Origin: an uncultured Armatimonadetes bacterium
GTDB taxonomy: Bacteria > Armatimonadota > UBA5829
NCBI GenBank assembly: GCA_963711155.1
Contig: CAVQDB010000004.1
Coordinates: forward strand, 336,486 to 400,485
Direction of reading: 5' to 3'
DNA length: 64,000 nucleotides
This document shows positions 40,410 through 48,937 of the stretch, piece after piece (the stretch's first letter is position 1; each line of letters starts with the position of its first letter). The notes under the pieces are model-generated. The model did not search any database. It was not told the origin of the DNA and worked only from the letters and a program-made list of their open reading frames with translations. A program made the translations under genes and the position numbers.

Positions 40410-40724
40410 ATGAAAGACCCGATGGAGTATCAGGGAGTATTAGGGCAGGCAATCGTGGCAAGGCGGGAGAAGCTCGGCTACAGCCGCGATAAGCTCGCCA
40501 GGATCATCGGAGTAGACACGGACTATGTGGCCTTTGTGGAAGACGGCAAGAACGATCTGGAGCTTTCCGAGATGATCGTCATAGCCAGAGCATTGCGCAT
40601 TCCACTATCGACGCTTCTTGCGGTTGCGGAGTCGGGGCTGCCGGAGAACATAGCGAACGCCGATCAGAAGAAAATCGGGTCCGTCAGCACCGGCATCACG
40701 CAGACCGTCTCCTCGCTCACCTGA
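40410..40724 (+). CDS. XRE-family helix-turn-helix regulator
   Basis: LGQAIVARREKLGYSRDKLARIIGVDTDYVAFVEDGKNDLELSEMIVIARALRIPLSTLL is a classic HTH_3 pattern. Its 3' end converges on and overlaps the terL 3' end. Confidence 0.8.
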   Translation: MKDPMEYQGVLGQAIVARREKLGYSRDKLARIIGVDTDYVAFVEDGKNDLELSEMIVIARALRIPLSTLLAVAESGLPENIANADQKKIGSVSTGITQTVSSLT

Positions 40725-42196
40725 TCGAGGCTTCGCTGCTCCCGCACGAGCATCGCGCAGCGGACGGCGTCGATGATGTGGTCGTTGCCTTTGGAGTAGA
40801 TCACGTTGCCGTTCGAGAGCGTGTAGGTGTGGGTCGTGAACTGGTCTTCTATCTCCAGGTCGTCAGAGGGCAGTATCATCTGCCTGCGCTGCAGAGCGCC
40901 ATTGATGAGGCTGGTCATCAGTTCCTTGGTGCGCTTCTTCACCTCCTGGCCTTCACGCACCGCAAGAGTCGTCATGCCGCCGAAGTCGTAGCCGTGCAGC
41001 CGGCCTTCGAGTTGCAGCAGCTTGTACTTGTCGAGCGTCAGGAGTTCCTGCACGACCGCAAGACCGTTCCCGCCGTTGTCCACGCCAATCCCGACCGGCG
41101 TGAAGTACCTCTCCAGCAGGGATATGACTTGGGCGATGTGTGGATAGGACACGTGCTCCAGATGGATGCGCAGGACAAGCTTCACGACCGAGCGATCCCC
41201 GACCTCTATCTCCTGGAACACGACGATCTCCGTCGGGTCGTTCGTGTAGCCCAGGTCGCCGCCTATCCAGAACATGCCGACCTGCGGCATCAGGTTCAGG
41301 AGCATCTCCAGCCGGTCGTATGACTCCTCCTCGGTCTCGCAGTCGCGCAGTTCCTCGCCGGTTATCGTGACCTTCTGATACTCCAGCAGCTCCTGGCGGC
41401 ACAGGTTCAGATGCTCGATGTTGAATGCGCCATAGGAGGGCTTGCCGTGTTCGCCGGCGACCTCGTGCTGCCAGCCGGAAGTGTCACGTCCCCCATAGAA
41501 CTCCAGAAGCTCGCTCTCACGATGATCGGTCCAGTTCGGATTGAGCCACGAGGGCCACCTGAACACTTTGAACTGCGAGGACAGAGTGAGCCGGTAGTAG
41601 GTCGTGTTCCGCAGGCCGTTGGGCGTGGAGTAGATGCGCAGCTTGCCGCCAGCCTTGAGGCACTGCCGCAGCGCCTTCCACGCCTTCTCCGTGAGCCACG
41701 CGCCCTCGTCCACCCAGACGCGATCAACGTGCAGCGACCGAAAAGCGTCGCCGTAGGCTCCGGCAGGTCGGAAGTAGAGGATAGCGCCGTTGGTGAACTC
41801 CACCCGGAAGTAGGGCTTGCGGTGGATCTTGACCTTCCCGTACTTCGTGATAGCGACGCTGGCCATTAGATCGGGATTGGAATCGAGCTGGAACTCCATC
41901 TCCTCGATAAGCGTGTCCAGATGTCCCTGGTGCGGAGCGGCGATAAGCCCCTGTCCTCCGCGAGTCGTGAAGGCAAAGTGCATCGCGTCAGTGGTAAGCA
42001 CGATGCTCTTGCCGACATCGCGGCCGTCGAGGTGGACGATGTTCTTGCTGTCGCAGTGCATGTCCTCGACCTGGTGCGGCCAGTACGATCGGTCGGAACC
42101 GTCCCGGTTGCGCAGATAGGTCTGACCCCACATCACCGGGTCCTGCAGGGAAAGCGCGATCCGCATCTCCTCGGAAGTGACGTTGCTCACTGACAT
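40664..42196 (-). CDS. Terminase large subunit
   Basis: MSVSNVTSEEMRIALSLQDPVMWGQTYLRNRDGSDRSYWPHQVEDMHCDSKNIVHLDGRDVGKSIVL (Walker A-like) ...HVDRVWVDEGAWL (Walker B-like) ...FWIGGDLGYTNDPTEIVV...GIGVDNGGNG... (RNaseH-like nuclease). The ORF is intact. The track ORF extends to 42769, but the upstream part is low-complexity nonsense. Confidence 0.9.
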   Translation of the reverse strand: MSVSNVTSEEMRIALSLQDPVMWGQTYLRNRDGSDRSYWPHQVEDMHCDSKNIVHLDGRDVGKSIVLTTDAMHFAFTTRGGQGLIAAPHQGHLDTLIEEMEFQLDSNPDLMASVAITKYGKVKIHRKPYFRVEFTNGAILYFRPAGAYGDAFRSLHVDRVWVDEGAWLTEKAWKALRQCLKAGGKLRIYSTPNGLRNTTYYRLTLSSQFKVFRWPSWLNPNWTDHRESELLEFYGGRDTSGWQHEVAGEHGKPSYGAFNIEHLNLCRQELLEYQKVTITGEELRDCETEEESYDRLEMLLNLMPQVGMFWIGGDLGYTNDPTEIVVFQEIEVGDRSVVKLVLRIHLEHVSYPHIAQVISLLERYFTPVGIGVDNGGNGLAVVQELLTLDKYKLLQLEGRLHGYDFGGMTTLAVREGQEVKKRTKELMTSLINGALQRRQMILPSDDLEIEDQFTTHTYTLSNGNVIYSKGNDHIIDAVRCAMLVREQRSLDQVSEETVCVMPVLTDPIFF

Positions 42197-42301
42197 GCGC
42201 CTCCGAACATTCTCTGCGAATAATGTGGCATTCGGCCTTGACTTTCTTGCCTGGTCCAAGCGTGAATGTGAATGCAAGACACAATCACTGGAGGTAGTGA
42301 A

Positions 42302-42655
42302 ATGGCAGAAAAGACTCTTCACGAAGCTATCCAGGAACACCTTGAGCACCTCAAGGCCCTGGGCAAGACCGAACGCACGCTTTACACTTACGGGATGGAC
42401 CTGCAGCAGGTCGAGGCGTTCTTCAAACCGGACAGGAAGCTCCGCTCGATCCTGACCCCGCACGTCGGGAGCTTCCTCAAGTCGGACGCGCTGCTGAAGA
42501 TGCGCGGCGACAAGGATCGCTCGGAGATCACGGTCAAGAAGACGATCCGCGTCTTCCGCACGTTCCTCGTGTGGGCAAAGGAGCAGGGCTACATCGACAA
42601 GCTCCCGCTGCCGAAGGACACGCCGATGGGCACGCAGCCTGAAGAACGGGAGTGA
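42302..42655 (+). CDS. Stand-alone phage-integrase N-terminal SAM-like (core-binding) domain protein
   Basis: RBS GGAGGTAGTGAA. MAEKTLHEAIQEHLEHLKALGKTERTLYTYGMDLQQVEAFF...TVKKTIRVFRTFLVWAKEQGYIDKLPLP. No catalytic domain follows in this ORF. Confidence 0.65.
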   Translation: MAEKTLHEAIQEHLEHLKALGKTERTLYTYGMDLQQVEAFFKPDRKLRSILTPHVGSFLKSDALLKMRGDKDRSEITVKKTIRVFRTFLVWAKEQGYIDKLPLPKDTPMGTQPEERE

Positions 42656-42736
42656 GGTGCAGGATGCCGGCGAACACACCGACGATCCGGCTGCTGCCGA
42701 GTAACGATCTCGCAGCAGTCGCTGGAAGCATTTGCC

Positions 42737-43600
42737 GTGAGGCTCCGAGCGCAGGGGCGCTCGGAGCACACGGTCTCTTCGTATCTCAGAGACCTGCGCC
42801 TGTTCGTGCGAGTCCTTAGCGACCAGTATCCCAGCGCGTCACTCCCCGATATCACGCCGGCGATGATAGACGCCGTGCTCACCGATCCATCAGTGACGCA
42901 CTCGCAGGATGGATCGCAGCGCTCGCCGGCGACAATGCATCGCTTCAAGGCGTCGGTCCGTTCGTTCTTTGCATGGGCAGTCGAGGCTGGTCTTGTGGAA
43001 TCCAATCCGGCGAAGTCGATCACCACGAAACGGCTAGCGCGCAGGCCCCCGGAGTTCCTGACCGAGGCCGAGAAGCGCAGGCTCCTCAAGGAGCTTCGCG
43101 ACAGGACGAATCCACTCGCCAAGCGCGACCGCATCATCTTCGAGCTGTTCCTCGGCACCGGCATTCGCCTCTCTGAACTAGTGAACCTGGACATCGACGA
43201 CGTCGACCTCGACGGCAAGCACATTCGCATCCTGGGCAAAGGCAGCATCCCGCAGGTGAAGTTCATCAAGTCGTCCCTGCGCACCGTGCTGCGAGCCTAC
43301 CTCGCTGACCGCCGGCGCACCGCCACTGGCGAATGCCCTGCGCTCTTCCTTTCCTCACGCGGAACACGATTATGCCAGCGGCAGATCGCGCTGCGACTCA
43401 CGCATTGGCTCGGCCGCGCCGGCATCGCCAGGAAGATCACCCCGCACGGCCTGCGGCACACATTCGCGACGCACCTCTACGCGAAGACCTCCGACCTGCT
43501 TCTGGTCAAGCGCGCCCTGGATCACCGCGACATCTCCACGACCGAAATCTACACACACCTCGCCGACGAGGCCCTCGAAGAAGCTATCGAGCGGCTCTAA
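42737..43600 (+). CDS. Tyrosine recombinase / integrase (XerC/D-like)
   Basis: LRAQGRSEHTVSSYLRDLRLF...GTGIRLSELVNLDIDDVDL...ITPHGLRHTFATHLY...LDHRDISTTEIYTHL supplies the R, H-x-x-R and H-Y catalytic residues. The true start may lie upstream (ATG 42664 in another frame). Confidence 0.9.
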   Translation: MRLRAQGRSEHTVSSYLRDLRLFVRVLSDQYPSASLPDITPAMIDAVLTDPSVTHSQDGSQRSPATMHRFKASVRSFFAWAVEAGLVESNPAKSITTKRLARRPPEFLTEAEKRRLLKELRDRTNPLAKRDRIIFELFLGTGIRLSELVNLDIDDVDLDGKHIRILGKGSIPQVKFIKSSLRTVLRAYLADRRRTATGECPALFLSSRGTRLCQRQIALRLTHWLGRAGIARKITPHGLRHTFATHLYAKTSDLLLVKRALDHRDISTTEIYTHLADEALEEAIERL

Positions 43601-44262
43601 TCCGACACCCATTGCTGCGGCTGGAGCATTCGAGCAGATCCCGACTTCGCATAACACGTCTTATCTGAACTCCGATTTCTGCCGAGCCGAGAATCCACGC
43701 GTGGATCGCGCCGGTCGGCAGCAGCCGCGCCGGTGTTATGCGAAGTCATTCCTGCGTTTTCTCCGCGAACTCGCTCGGACTGATCGGATGACTTGGCTTC
43801 TGACTCCCTCAGCTTCTCAAGAAGCGCGGTCGCCCACTCAGCGGGCGTCGTCTCCGGTCCCTTCGGCTCCTCACCCTCCCGCGCTATCTTGGTTGCCTTC
43901 AGGTCCTTGAGGTGGCAGCGGATCATCCGGTCCAGCTTCTCGGCCGCATCCCAGTCGCCCGCCAACTGCGCTCGCCCCAGCTTCAGGAAGTAGACCGCCA
44001 CCAACTCCACCTGCATGAAGTCCGAGCTCTTGTTGAACACGAAGTCCTCGTGCAGTTGGGCAATGATGGCGGCGAAGAGTGGCCGCTCTTCTTCCGAGAG
44101 AAAGCGATCCGCGTAGATGCCGTGCCGAAGGGCGTTCGTGTTATTCTCTGGCGCGCCAGGACCCTGTTTGACCTCGGCGTTCCTGTGCCAGCGCTCGAGG
44201 CGCTTGGTATCCTCCGAGCCTACGCCCGATGATGGATCGTGGATGTGTTCTGAGTCGACCAT
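43597..44262 (-). CDS. Possible terminase small subunit-like protein
   Basis: MVDSEHIHDPSSGVGSEDTKRLERWHRNAEVKQGPGAPENNTNALRHGIYADRFLSEEERPLF.... The GAP.(G)N.NAL(K/R)HG.Y motif recurs in proteins annotated as small terminase. It is the first gene after promoter-like copy D. The C-terminal ~50 aa look low-quality, possibly frameshifted. Confidence 0.4.
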   Translation of the reverse strand: MVDSEHIHDPSSGVGSEDTKRLERWHRNAEVKQGPGAPENNTNALRHGIYADRFLSEEERPLFAAIIAQLHEDFVFNKSSDFMQVELVAVYFLKLGRAQLAGDWDAAEKLDRMIRCHLKDLKATKIAREGEEPKGPETTPAEWATALLEKLRESEAKSSDQSERVRGENAGMTSHNTGAAAADRRDPRVDSRLGRNRSSDKTCYAKSGSARMLQPQQWVSD

Positions 44263-44331
44263 AATTGTTTGCGCAGTCCGGAGATGGGCATGGAAGGCGA
44301 ATTTTGCCTTGCATATACGCCGATAGGTTCC

Positions 44332-44367
44332 CACTGATTACTTACCGGCGCATTCCGAGAAGTGTAG
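44332..44367 (-). promoter_or_regulatory. Copy D of the conserved promoter-like motif
   Basis: Minus strand reads CTACACTT-N13-GGTAAGTAATCAGTG, about 70 nt upstream of the ATG at 44262. Confidence 0.55.
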
Positions 44368-44387
44368 TACTTTCGCGTATATGTTTT

Positions 44388-44883
44388 TCAGAAATCGGTT
44401 CGCTTGAGCCAAGGTTGAGGCACGTTCGGGTTATAGAGGCGGTTGGGCTTGCCGTGCTCGTGCAGGTAGACGATCTCGATGTATGCACGCTGTGACCTCT
44501 CCAACCTGCCGAGCGCCTGAAAGGAAGCAGACCAGGCCATACTCCTGTCCATAGGGAAACGGATATCGCCCTCGGTTCTGATAGAGACCCGCTTCAGTCC
44601 ATCCCAACTGCATCGCCTCCTCGCGAATCGCATCCACTTGCGCGACAGCTTCCGGTGCGACGGACAGCGTAGAGGGCAAACAGCCATCTCTTGGAAACAG
44701 ATGCTCAGTCGACGGCGTCGGAGCGCTCGCCTCCTGAAGCTCCTGCATGATCGCCGCCTTGTTCTCGAGCGCCAAGGTGCGGATGTCGTCGGTGATGGCC
44801 GACCTCGGCTCAAGCCAGAGGATGTTCCCCGACCGGACGGATGCCCGAATGCCGTGCTTGGCGAGCGTCTCCAGGTATGGCAT
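44388..44883 (-). CDS. Hypothetical protein downstream of the primase (1 apparent frameshift near 44510)
   Basis: MPYLETLAKHGIRASVRSGNILWLEPRSAITDDIRTLALENKAAIMQEL... then ...QEYGLVCFL / QALGRLERSQRAYIEIVYLHEHGKPNRLYNPNVPQPWLKRTDF. Confidence 0.4.
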
Positions 44884-47277
44884 CAGAACGCCTCCCCGTC
44901 GGACCAGTCCAGGTCGTTCTCAGCCTCACCGGAATCGGCGGGTTGATGATGTTGATCTTGTTGACCTGGTTCATGTAGATTTCTCATGCATGAGGTATTT
45001 GCGCATGAATCGTTTTCCTCATGCGCGCATGAGGAATTCTCATGATCTAGGTCAACAAGGTCAATAAGGTCAACTTGACCTTCAGACCTGCGGTCGGCAA
45101 GTCCCACCCCACGCCACCACTTGTACCCCTTCGCACCAGTATATGTCTCACAGTTGCCGCGCTCGCCCATCCGCAGGCCGAACCAGCGCTGCGACAGTGG
45201 CCTCTCGCCAGCCTGCTCGGCCCACTCGCAGTAAGCCTGGAACAGGTCCTTTGCCGACACACGTGCCTGGGGTTGGAAGACACACGACTCCGAGAGAAAG
45301 CCGCCCAGCACATCCATATCCTGCTGCAGCTTGCCCGTGGCTGCCTTGACCGCCTTTGCCGCAGGCAGAGCATTGCGCTGCCACTCCAGGCAGCCTCTGA
45401 GCACCCAAGCGAGGATTCCGGGATACTCTTCTCGCAGCTTCTCGGGAAGTGTCTTGTCTTTGTATGGACCAACCGGCGAGTCGGGATCATGGAACTCGAC
45501 GGTGAACGGGATCAGCCGAATTCTGCGCCAGATCCCTTTCTCCTGGCCGTGGATGACCGGCACGTGGTTGCACGCCAGCCAGAGCTTGAAGACCGGAATG
45601 AACTCGAAATACTCCTGATAGAGGAACCTTGCCGTTATCGCATCCTGCCCAGTCAGTTCCTTCACGAGTGCCTCTGCCAGCCTCTTGCCGGCGCTGGTCT
45701 CGATGGCCGAGACGAACCGCGCGCCTCTCAGGCGGGCGACGTCGTTGCTTGCGCTGCCCGCCTGCTTCTCGAGGATCGCGTCGGTAGATGTCTTCTGACC
45801 ATAGTCGCCGAAGATGTCGCGCAGGACGTTGACGAATGTGCTCTTGCCGTTGGAGCCGGAGCCGTGCAGGATGAAGAACACCTGCTCCCTGCGTGTCGCC
45901 GGTGAGCGTGTAGCCGCAGGCAGCCTGAACGAAACCGATAAGCTCCTCGTCTTGGTTGAAGATGTCCGCGAGGAACCGTTCCCAAGTGGGGCAGGGTGCG
46001 TCGCTGTCAAACTCGACGGGGCTGAGCTTGGTTATCATGTCCTCGCGTCGGTGGGGTCTGAGCTGACCGGAGCAGAGGTCGAGGGTACCGTTGGTGCAGT
46101 TGAACAACCAGGGATCGGAGTCCATGTCCGAATACAGCACCGGCACGCCGCATTCCGACTGAGCCTGAAGAAGCATCGCAACAACTCGGCCGTTGTTGCC
46201 TGACGCGATGGTATGCTTCTCGAACTCCTTCGCTGCGGCAAGCGCCGCCTTGTCGGCATCTGCTTCCGCCTTCTCGCGAGCTTCCTGGGCACGCACCAGC
46301 ATTGCGTCAATGGTGCGCTTCGCCATCCGCACGACTTCGCCAGTCTGATCCTCAGCCCAATGCCTGCCGTCCCACGTGTACCATCGCCCGCGGTCACAGC
46401 AGTAGCGGATGGAGTCACCGTGAGCTGACACGAGCCGGCGGGCGTTGCCGATGTCGTTGAGCTGTTCACCATCGATGCCGACAGGAGCATCGGGGTCTCC
46501 TCCGGGCATCCAATCGGGCGCTTCACTCACGATCCGGCGAATGTCCTCGGCTGTCCCGCCAGCCTCTATCCAATCCGTCACATCGCCCTTTGGCTGCAGG
46601 TTCGGAAGCTCCACGACCCGAATCCGTGCCGCAAGGCCGTCGAGGCTGGTCGCGACCTTATCGGCATGGCCCCTGCCAGGCAAGTCATTGTCGGGCAGGA
46701 TGACGACGTCCGCGCCGGCGAGCTGCTGGGAATAGGGTTTCAGCCACTTGCCGGCTCCGCCCGGATTGCACGTTGCCGTGAGTCCCAGTCGCTCAAGGGT
46801 CAGTGCGTCCTTCTCGCCCTCGACGACATAAACGATCCGACCTTGGGCGATTGCTGCCTTGACCTGTGGGAGCCGGAAGAGGTATCTCGTTACGCCCTTG
46901 ATGTTCCAGACCCACTTGGTGCCATTCGCCGTGACCTCACGCCGGCGCTGGCTGAAGCCCTTGGGCCGGAATCGCACAACTTGATACGCGAGCTTGCCTT
47001 GAGCGTCGGTGTAGTCGTAGGTGGCGACGATCCTACGCCCTGTGTCAGCGGATGATTGCTGCTGACCGGCAGGGAACAGATTCTGCATCTTGAGGCCGAC
47101 CGCGTGCAGGATGTCCTTGAGCTCACATCCGGCGTGGCAGTGGAGCAGTATCTTGCCGTCTTCCTGAACGCTAATGCTCAGGCTGGCGACCTTATCATCA
47201 TGCGCCGGGCACTTCGCCTGCCAGCCGTTCGGAGTCTTCTTCGCGCCTGGGAATCTGGATAGTACGTCGTCGATCAC
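44883..47277 (-). CDS. Bifunctional DNA primase / helicase (zinc-finger + Toprim + D5_N/P4-type NTPase); 1 apparent frameshift near 45890
   Basis: GTG start after GAGGGTGG. WQAKCPAHDDKVASLSISVQEDGKILLHCHAGC (Zn finger); IVYVVEGEKDALTLERLGL...VVILPDNDLPGRGHA (Toprim); after the frameshift, FFILHGSGSNGKSTFVNVL (Walker A) ...KLWLACNHVP...WRRIRLIPF. Confidence 0.9.
44942..45080. repeat. Iteron/palindrome cluster: candidate replication origin embedded in the primase 3' coding end
   Basis: Left: GTTGATGAT GTTGATCTT GTTGACCTG (44942-44968). Centre: perfect palindromes CTCATGCATGAG (44983-44994) and CCTCATGCGCGCATGAGG (45017-45034), plus a further CTCATG at 45039. Right: GGTCAACAA GGTCAATAA GGTCAACTT GACC (45050-45080), the inverted complement of the left set. 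Confidence 0.6.
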
Positions 47278-47466
47278 GGGTAGCCACCCTCATCAGTGGA
47301 GCAGCTCACCCCACGACTCCTGCAGCCGGCACAGACGAGAGGAAAGGCTCGACACGTTCCGCGAAGATGGGTCGAAAGCAGTTACCACTGCAACCAGAGC
47401 GAACCAAGTGTCGAGCCTCCATTCCGAAAAGTGCTGTGCTGGCGTGCGAGTGGAAGAGGTTCCACT

Positions 47467-47502
47467 CACTGATTACTTACCGCTACAGGGCACGAAGTGT
47501 AG
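47467..47502 (-). promoter_or_regulatory. Copy E of the conserved promoter-like motif
   Basis: Minus strand reads CTACACTT-N13-GGTAAGTAATCAGTG, about 190 nt upstream of the primase start. Confidence 0.55.
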
Positions 47503-47688
47503 GGAAGCGGTGCAGCCGACAGAGGCTAAAGACACATACGTATGCACATTGACAGTCTTGACCAGCCTGTCACAACACTTTACGCGCGTTCCCCGCAAAT
47601 GCCGCAGGATGTAGTCACACACGAAGATGGCATGATCCATGTACAACACCACTGAGTGCCTGGCCGATCAGGGAAAAGAGGTGCCAAG

Positions 47689-48918
47689 ATGCAGTGCTAC
47701 AATTCGCTGTGTTTTTCACACCCTGATGTGCTGGAAGCGATCTCGCCGAAATGGTTGGTCCGCTTCCTTGAGCCTCACTCGGCCTTTCTGGAATCCAAAG
47801 GCCTCAATCTACCTTCCTCCGATGAAGACTGCGACAGTATGGACCTCGACAGGCTTCTGAGTATCCTGATGACTCCCGACCCCGAGATGCCCAGGGACCT
47901 CGTCGAGTCGCTCTACCACCTGCATGAGATGGGAAACCCCGAGGCTATGGATTCCCTGCTCGATGACGCCGAGTCGCGAGGAATCCCAATCGACGATGAG
48001 TCAGACCCCACTCCCCACGACGTCGCGATCCAGATGTGGCTGCACGACAGTCATCTAGTGAAGCATCATCATGCCGAGAGAACGGTGGGCAAACCTTACA
48101 CGTTCGTCTACTTCCAGGGTTCGGTGGATCGAGCCTCCGGTCTCTGGACGCCCGACGACCGGGTCATACAGGCTCTTGAAAGCGACCTCGCGGAATGGTT
48201 CGAGAAGAGGAAACGCGGCCCATACTCGATGGTCCAGTTCTATGCGCGCGAAGACTGCATGCGGTTCGTCGTAGGCCATGGCCAACCAGCCAGGCGAGAA
48301 GGGTGTGTTTGCGGGCACCGGCACGGCACTGAGTTCTACCATCCTGAGCAGTACGACCTTGTGATCTACAGACCGAGCACGGGTGAGTTGCAGGTCCACG
48401 CGAGCACTTCGGCTGAGACGAAGACCTACAGCAGGCTGTTCGGCCGGCACCTTTTCGGCAACGACGACCACTTCTCCGGCGCACGGAAATACACTCTCGA
48501 TCCCCTGAAGAGGGACGGCCAGAAGGCTCTGGTCTGTCTGGACGTCCATGGGATGGAATCCGTTCGAGTGACAGAGATCCAATATGAGCTGGGCGGACCG
48601 CACGGCGGCAGCGAGATTTGCAGAGCTGATGATGTGCTGGCTCTCATGAGTGAGCGCCATGAAGCCATACCGGAAGAAGCCCGGATCACCGAGGCAGGCT
48701 TCGCCGTCGCTTTCAGCGATTCGCGCACGCCGAGGACAGTGGTTCTCGAACCATCCGATACCGCTGGCTACGAGCGTGCCGGCGACGGCGACCGCGTCGG
48801 CCGGTGGTTGGCAATGCGGGGCTTTGCGCTCTTCAGCTATCTCCTTTTGACGCTTTCGACCTCATGGTTCTTGCAGATGCTGCAAGACGCGGACGAAGTG
48901 CTTTGTGCCGTGACCTGA
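47689..48918 (+). CDS. Hypothetical protein (409 aa), no family recognised
   Basis: Intact ORF. ATG follows AAGAGGTGCCAAG. MQCYNSLCFSHPDVLEAISPKWLVRFLEPHSAFLESKGLNLP.... It is divergent from the primase operon. Confidence 0.55.
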   Translation: MQCYNSLCFSHPDVLEAISPKWLVRFLEPHSAFLESKGLNLPSSDEDCDSMDLDRLLSILMTPDPEMPRDLVESLYHLHEMGNPEAMDSLLDDAESRGIPIDDESDPTPHDVAIQMWLHDSHLVKHHHAERTVGKPYTFVYFQGSVDRASGLWTPDDRVIQALESDLAEWFEKRKRGPYSMVQFYAREDCMRFVVGHGQPARREGCVCGHRHGTEFYHPEQYDLVIYRPSTGELQVHASTSAETKTYSRLFGRHLFGNDDHFSGARKYTLDPLKRDGQKALVCLDVHGMESVRVTEIQYELGGPHGGSEICRADDVLALMSERHEAIPEEARITEAGFAVAFSDSRTPRTVVLEPSDTAGYERAGDGDRVGRWLAMRGFALFSYLLLTLSTSWFLQMLQDADEVLCAVT

Positions 48919-48937
48919 TCCGAAAAGCGGGCAAGAG

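Noticed and set aside
42197-42769. N-terminal 190-aa extension of the terminase large-subunit ORF in the track (start at 42769)
   Set aside because: The extension is Arg/Leu/Pro-rich, overlaps the plus-strand integrase-domain gene, and carries no terminase motifs. The family-typical sequence starts at MSVSNVTSEEM (ATG 42196), which has a GGAGG RBS.
44983-45034. The two perfect palindromes read as a rho-independent terminator of the primase gene
   Set aside because: They lie inside the open reading frame, lack a following T-tract on either strand, and are flanked symmetrically by iterons. An origin/operator-type structure fits better.
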